A stretch of DNA of 53,496 bases, the filler included, from Jimgerdemannia flammicorona (Eukaryota), in the NCBI GenBank assembly GCA_003990765.1. It is 3 parts of 3 records of this genome, joined end to end, with 100 filler letters (N's around TTAATTAATTAA, not from the genome) between each part and the next. Parts side by side here need not be neighbours in the genome. Positions count along the whole stretch, not along the records: positions 35,734 to 53,496 come from RBNJ01002418.1; 2 more parts are not named here. The stretch is one strand, 5' to 3'. Shown here piece by piece: positions 48,611 to 53,496 of the stretch (position 1 is its first letter; each line of letters begins with the position of its first letter). Both the position numbers and the translations under genes were made by a program. Below the pieces are notes generated by a model. The model saw only the letters and a list, made by a program, of their open reading frames with translations. It was not told where the DNA came from and made no database searches.

Positions 48611-51600
48611 TTGGAATGAACTCTGGACAAGGGTCTGGAGATGGTGGTCAATTGTCTGGTTCATTGTGAGAGAGGTATATCTTGAGGCAGTTGATGTAAA
48701 CTAGTGTTCTGAGGATTCATTTATCTATGTTTCTTAAATATATACTGGTTTCTCTGATATTATATATAAGATAAGATTCTTCTTATTTGGGCTCCAGTTT
48801 GGCAGCAAAGTTGGTTTCAATCATACTTCTCCAAACTAGTACTTGATCACCAATCTAGATCTTCTGATACCTCTGCTTCAGATTATATATAGTACTTCTT
48901 TTGTCTTTTTTAGGGTTTGATAATCTGAGCTTGAGTTTAATTATATCACTATCCTGCCTTCTTGAGGAGGTCTCTGAGATTCTCATGGTCAGCAGTTCTG
49001 GCTTTCTTGGCAAACATCATTTCAAATAGCTTTTGCTTGGTAGAGGCAGCAGGGGTGTTTCAGATTTCTCATAAGATCTCAGATAAGCAGAGGTCTCAGT
49101 TGGTAGGATTGACTTGGGCAAGTTCTTTCTTAATGGTCTGGTTCATTCTTTCTATTATACTATTGATCTGACAGTGATATGATGTGGTGTATTTGAGATA
49201 GATCCTGTGAATTCAGATATAACTTATAATTATATTGTTGATGAATTCTGTGCCTCAGTCAGAGATAAGTTCTTCTGAGAGTCTATATCTGAGTGTGAGT
49301 CTATGGAGAAGACCTACAATGGTCAAGACATCAGTAATTTCTATTGGAAAAGCCTTGGGTTACTTGGTTAGGTATTCTTCAAATACAAGGATATACTTGT
49401 TTCTTCTTGATATAACTAGTAGAAGTCTAATTACATCTACTCTCGATCTCTGAAGAATGTTGTCTGGTGGTATGATTGGTTGCAGTGGTACTTAGTAGTT
49501 CTTTTTTCCTTGATACTTCTGGCAGATATTATATTTCTTAAGTATATTTCAGACTTATATTATGAGATTGGACCAATGTTGGTATATTATTTGCAGCTTT
49601 TCTTCTATATTTATCTGTCCTTGGTAGGCTTTCTGATGTTCTTTTCAGATGAGGTCTTTTTGTGCCTTGATGGTTTGAGGAGCTTTCTTTAGGGTGTAGT
49701 TCCTCAGGATACTATTCTTTTAGTTCATTGGGATTGGTGGGAAAGTATATCAATATTGTTGTAAGCTTTTTCTGCTTTGTAGATAATAGTGATTTTGTAA
49801 TCCTAAAGGATAAGAATCCAATGGGCTAGGATTTCAGTAGGTTTTTTATGGTTAAATAGTCATTTGAGAACTATATGGTCAGTTATCAGAGTGAACCTAT
49901 TTCTGATGAGATAATACTTGAACAGAGTGACCACCTATATGACTGCAAGACATTCTAATTTAGTACTACCATAGTTCATCTGCTATTGATTGATAGCTCA
50001 GATTGTATAAACTATTATATAGTATTGTTGATCAGGTCCTTCTTGGGCTAGAACTGCTCCCAGGCCATCTTTAGAAGTATCTATATACAAGATGAATGGC
50101 TTCTGTATATTGGGGCAGACAAGGATTGGTGCTGTGGTCATGCAGTACTTGAGTTCTTTGAAGGCTAGTTCTTATGATTCTATCTATTTGTAAGATATCT
50201 CTTTCTTAAGAAGGGTTCAGATTAGAGTAGCAATTTGGGCAAAGTCCTTGATAAACCTTCTGTAGAATACTAGCATCAGGAATGATAATATTTCCTTTGA
50301 AGTCTTGAGTACTGACCAATTGTTGATCATCTTAGTTTTCTTTGGATCTCTATGGATTTCTTCTTTTGAAACTATAAATCTAAGAAATAAGAGTTTCTGT
50401 TTTCCAAAGTAGTATTTCTTAGCATTGAGTCTCAGATGGTTCTTACAGATAAGCTTGAAGAATTCTTCTAGGTGGTGCAGGTGATCCTCGAAATTTGCTG
50501 AATAGATATTTGAATTATCTATGTATACTATCAGACATTGGTGAATTAGAGGGGCATAGACTGAATTCATTATCCTCAGAAAGTTAGGGGGTGTATTACA
50601 AAGTCTAAAGGGCATTTGGAGGTATTTAAACAGTTTTCCTAAAGCAAGAAAGGCTGCATTCTGAATATCCTTGGGGGTCTATGGAGATTTTGTAGATTCC
50701 AGTAAAAAGGTCTATACTACTGAAGTATCTGGTATCTTGTAACTGGTCTAAGAGGTCATCAATTCTGGGCAAAGGATAGGTATCTTTTTCAGTGACTGAG
50801 TTGAGTTTCCTGTAGTCTATGCAGGTCTCCATCTTTCTTTCTTTAGTATAATAAGTATAGAGCTGGCCCAAGGGCTGGTTGAGCCTCAGATAACTCTATT
50901 GTCTAAGAGTTCTTAAATGTATTCCTTTTTAAATAACTTTAAGTGATGGGGTATTCTATAGGGTTTCTGCTGGATGGGTGTTATATTTCCTGTATTTATA
51001 CTGTGGTAATATAATGAGTTATATAGTAGGTTGCCATAATCAGTATTGAAGATATCTTGATATTTATTAAGGAGTTCTACTAGTTGTTACCATTGCTGGA
51101 GTGTCAATTCTTCTCCAATATTGGTAGAAGGCTTCACTGTCTCCTGGGAACAGAGGGGCCTTTCCTTTCTTCTGGCATCTTTTGCCATTTTCCAATAAGT
51201 TTAGTTCATAAACCTCTCTATGAGTTCAGTTGAGAAAAGGCACCAGATGTCCTATGATGGTTTGTTTTGGCAAGATGATGGTCTCTCAACTTTGTTTGGT
51301 TGCTCAGGAGTACACTGGATTTATTTTGTCAGGAAATGTGTATCCTTCAATATCAAGATTCAGGGTATCTTCATTGAGTTCAAAGAAGAGGTTTCTGGGG
51401 TCAGGTGGTGCAAAGATTTCGAAGGTGGTTTGCTCTCCAGGTTCCAGAATGAGATTCTTGTACAGTTTGACTGGTTGGCAGTATACTTACTAGAGAACAT
51501 TCCTCTTGAGGTGATTGATCTAATGAAGATATACTTCCTTTTTATCTGAGCTCCCAAATCCTTTGGCTTGTCTTGTCCAACAGGGCTGCCTGTATAGTTA

Positions 51601-53468
51601 GGTTGATCTGATTGAGGATTTTGGACTGTGCTGGCTCTTAGTTGAGATCCTTCTGATACTGTATAGTTGGTAAGTCTTGAAGTGATTACTTCTCTTTCTT
51701 TCAGATACTAGTGATAACTGGTTCTTCTGTAGTAGTAGAGATTGGTATTGTATCAAATGTATCCAGTTTGACTGTCAGTTCTTATAAGTGGAAAAGTCAT
51801 GTTGATTTTGAAATCTTCTCAGTTGAGCCTCCAAATGTAATGTACCTAGCTCAATAGAGGTAAATTACAAGGTGGTGTGGGAGATGAGAACCTCCCCCTG
51901 AGGGTCCTCAGGAGATCTACTCTCTTTGGTAGGGCTCAATGGAATTTGGCAGCTGCAATTTAAGGGCTTTTGGTGGGGAGTGGTCGATGGAGCACACAGA
52001 ATTAGTCTGTACTGGTAGGGCAATGAGGGGGAGATGTTGTGGGGTCCTCATATGTGGTGATAGGATAGACTGCTTCTGGGGAGTGCTCCACTTGTTACTT
52101 TTGATATTGGGGATAGAGTAGAGTGTCAGCAGGGGCTTGGCCAGGACCTTTGGCCAAGCAGTTGGCAGGTAGTCAGGATTGGCGAGGAGTGAGACTGGGC
52201 AGGTATCTGGTCTTGGAGTGCTGAGGTACAGTGGTGGCTTTCCCCTAAGTTCTGGGTGGTGTGGTGGTGAATGCTGTGGAGGAATGTCATGTGGAATTTC
52301 CACACTGGGCATCTGGTAGATGGTGGCTGTTTCGACTGTTAGGAGTGTTATAATGTAGGGCAAGTTGGGGGTTTGGTGCAGACACCGGAACATTGGCTGG
52401 GGGAGTGTGAGGTTTTGGGGGACTTTTGGATTGAAATTGGGAATAGACTGGGTGTGGGGCGCAGACCAGTGGGTGATGGGGACTGCTGGGAGGACTTGAG
52501 ATCTCAGCTGGTGGGGGGGGTGGGCGATAGTTGGCTCACTATCGGGTGGGTGTTAGCAGTTTGGGTGGGTCTGGCAGCACATTGGCTATTTGTGTTTGAG
52601 GAAGGGTGGCAGATGAGCCTGCAGGAGAAGGTTGTGAGGTGGGAGGAGCTGTTGGGGGATCTGTTGACTGGATGGTGGATTGGTTGGGGTCCTTCAGGGG
52701 GGCAGTGGCATGGTTTGGTGGCAAGGATATGTGAACAGAGCGGTGAGAGGATTGGTATTGTATTTGATAGAGTGGTGTTTCATCAAGAAGAGATAGGGGG
52801 GAGGGGCCCCCCTAGGGAGATTGGATAGGGGGTGGGTTAATTGTATTTATATAGGATAGATGGGTGTAATAAAGGATGAGTCTAAGTGACTACAAAAAAA
52901 AAAAAAAGATAAATTACAAGGTTGAGAGTTGATGTAGTTTGGCTTGAGCCCCCAGTTCTTTGTTAAAAGCAATAAAATGTTCTTGATATTTAGTAGTATA
53001 ATAGTCAAAGCCAGATATCTGCAAGTGATTTCCTTATTGGGACAGTTCTCTGGGTATAGCAGTAATTTTGTATAGTATGAGCATTCCTTATATATAATGG
53101 TCTGACAATTTGATAGTTCTCCTTATATGATTTCTGCATGATGATCTCTGTACAGCATGATGATCTTGGTAGACTTCTTCTTGATTTGGCATGGATTCTC
53201 TTGAATTGACAACTTACTAGAAATGGAAAATAGTGTAGATTCTTGGAATCAGGCTCACTGGGAATGGATGAATAACTCAGATAGCATAGATAACTTGGAT
53301 AACTTGGATGATATAGATTCTTTCTGAATTGGCAGAGTTCTTCTGGGAATATGAGTAACTTAAAAATAGTGGCTTATTCCTTAAGCAGTGGATTTCTCTT
53401 CAAAAGGTAGTGAAGTTCTTTACTTGAACTTTAGCAGTAAATCTTCAGGCTTATCTGGCAAGCATACC
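48611..53468 (-). mobile_element. Ty3/Gypsy internal region, degenerate (leader, RT ~50200-50900, RNase H ~49730-50160, integrase ~48780-49620)
   Basis: CIDYRKLN, YPLPRIDDLL, MPFRLCNTP, VYIDN; FILYIDTSKDGLGAVLAQ; VDVI...NKYILVFEEYLTK...LISD*GTEF...ERMNQTIK. The order RT-RH-IN indicates Ty3/Gypsy. PBS-like ggtatgcttgccag at the right end. Confidence 0.9.
51874..52906 (+). mobile_element. 5'-truncated LINE-A inserted in the Gypsy element
   Basis: 16-bp TSD aggtaaattacaaggt (51858-51873) / agataaattacaaggt (52907-52922); QTPEHWLGEC; polyA. Confidence 0.92.
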
Positions 53469-53496
53469 TTTTTTTTTTTTTTTTTTTTTTTTTTTT

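Noticed and set aside
51230..51470. dUTPase-like segment upstream of Gypsy RT (LILEPGE...IILPKQTIIGHL)
   Set aside because: Only vague similarity, with no catalytic motifs; gag and protease also could not be identified with confidence.

Overview
A eukaryotic, most likely fungal, transposon graveyard with no recognisable host gene. Most copies show heavy CpG loss and C>T/G>A decay. It contains: (A) about nine nested copies or fragments of one L1/Tx1-clade LINE (ORF1 plus APE-RT-Zn ORF2, polyA tail, 15-16 bp TSDs), the youngest at 28554-34458 with an intact ORF1; (B) a second non-LTR RT family stacked head-to-tail, whose 3' ends stop in degenerate CCCTAA repeats instead of polyA; (C, D) two RT-less polyA retroposons; a tandem array of Ty3/Gypsy units sharing LTRs, scrambled by a clean 2.17 kb inversion; two large solo LTRs; two hAT-type MITEs; and a CpG-rich island with six MCB-like boxes. 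The most notable signal is an apparently uncharacterised accessory protein family (motif Y-x-IG-x-LL ... IA-x-K/R-x3-(L/I)F-x6-IS-x-L) in three LTR lineages. It lies inside the LTR in two (an intact 410-aa ORF at 5731-6963) and between integrase and the PPT in the third. All alignments were made by eye; no database searches were run.
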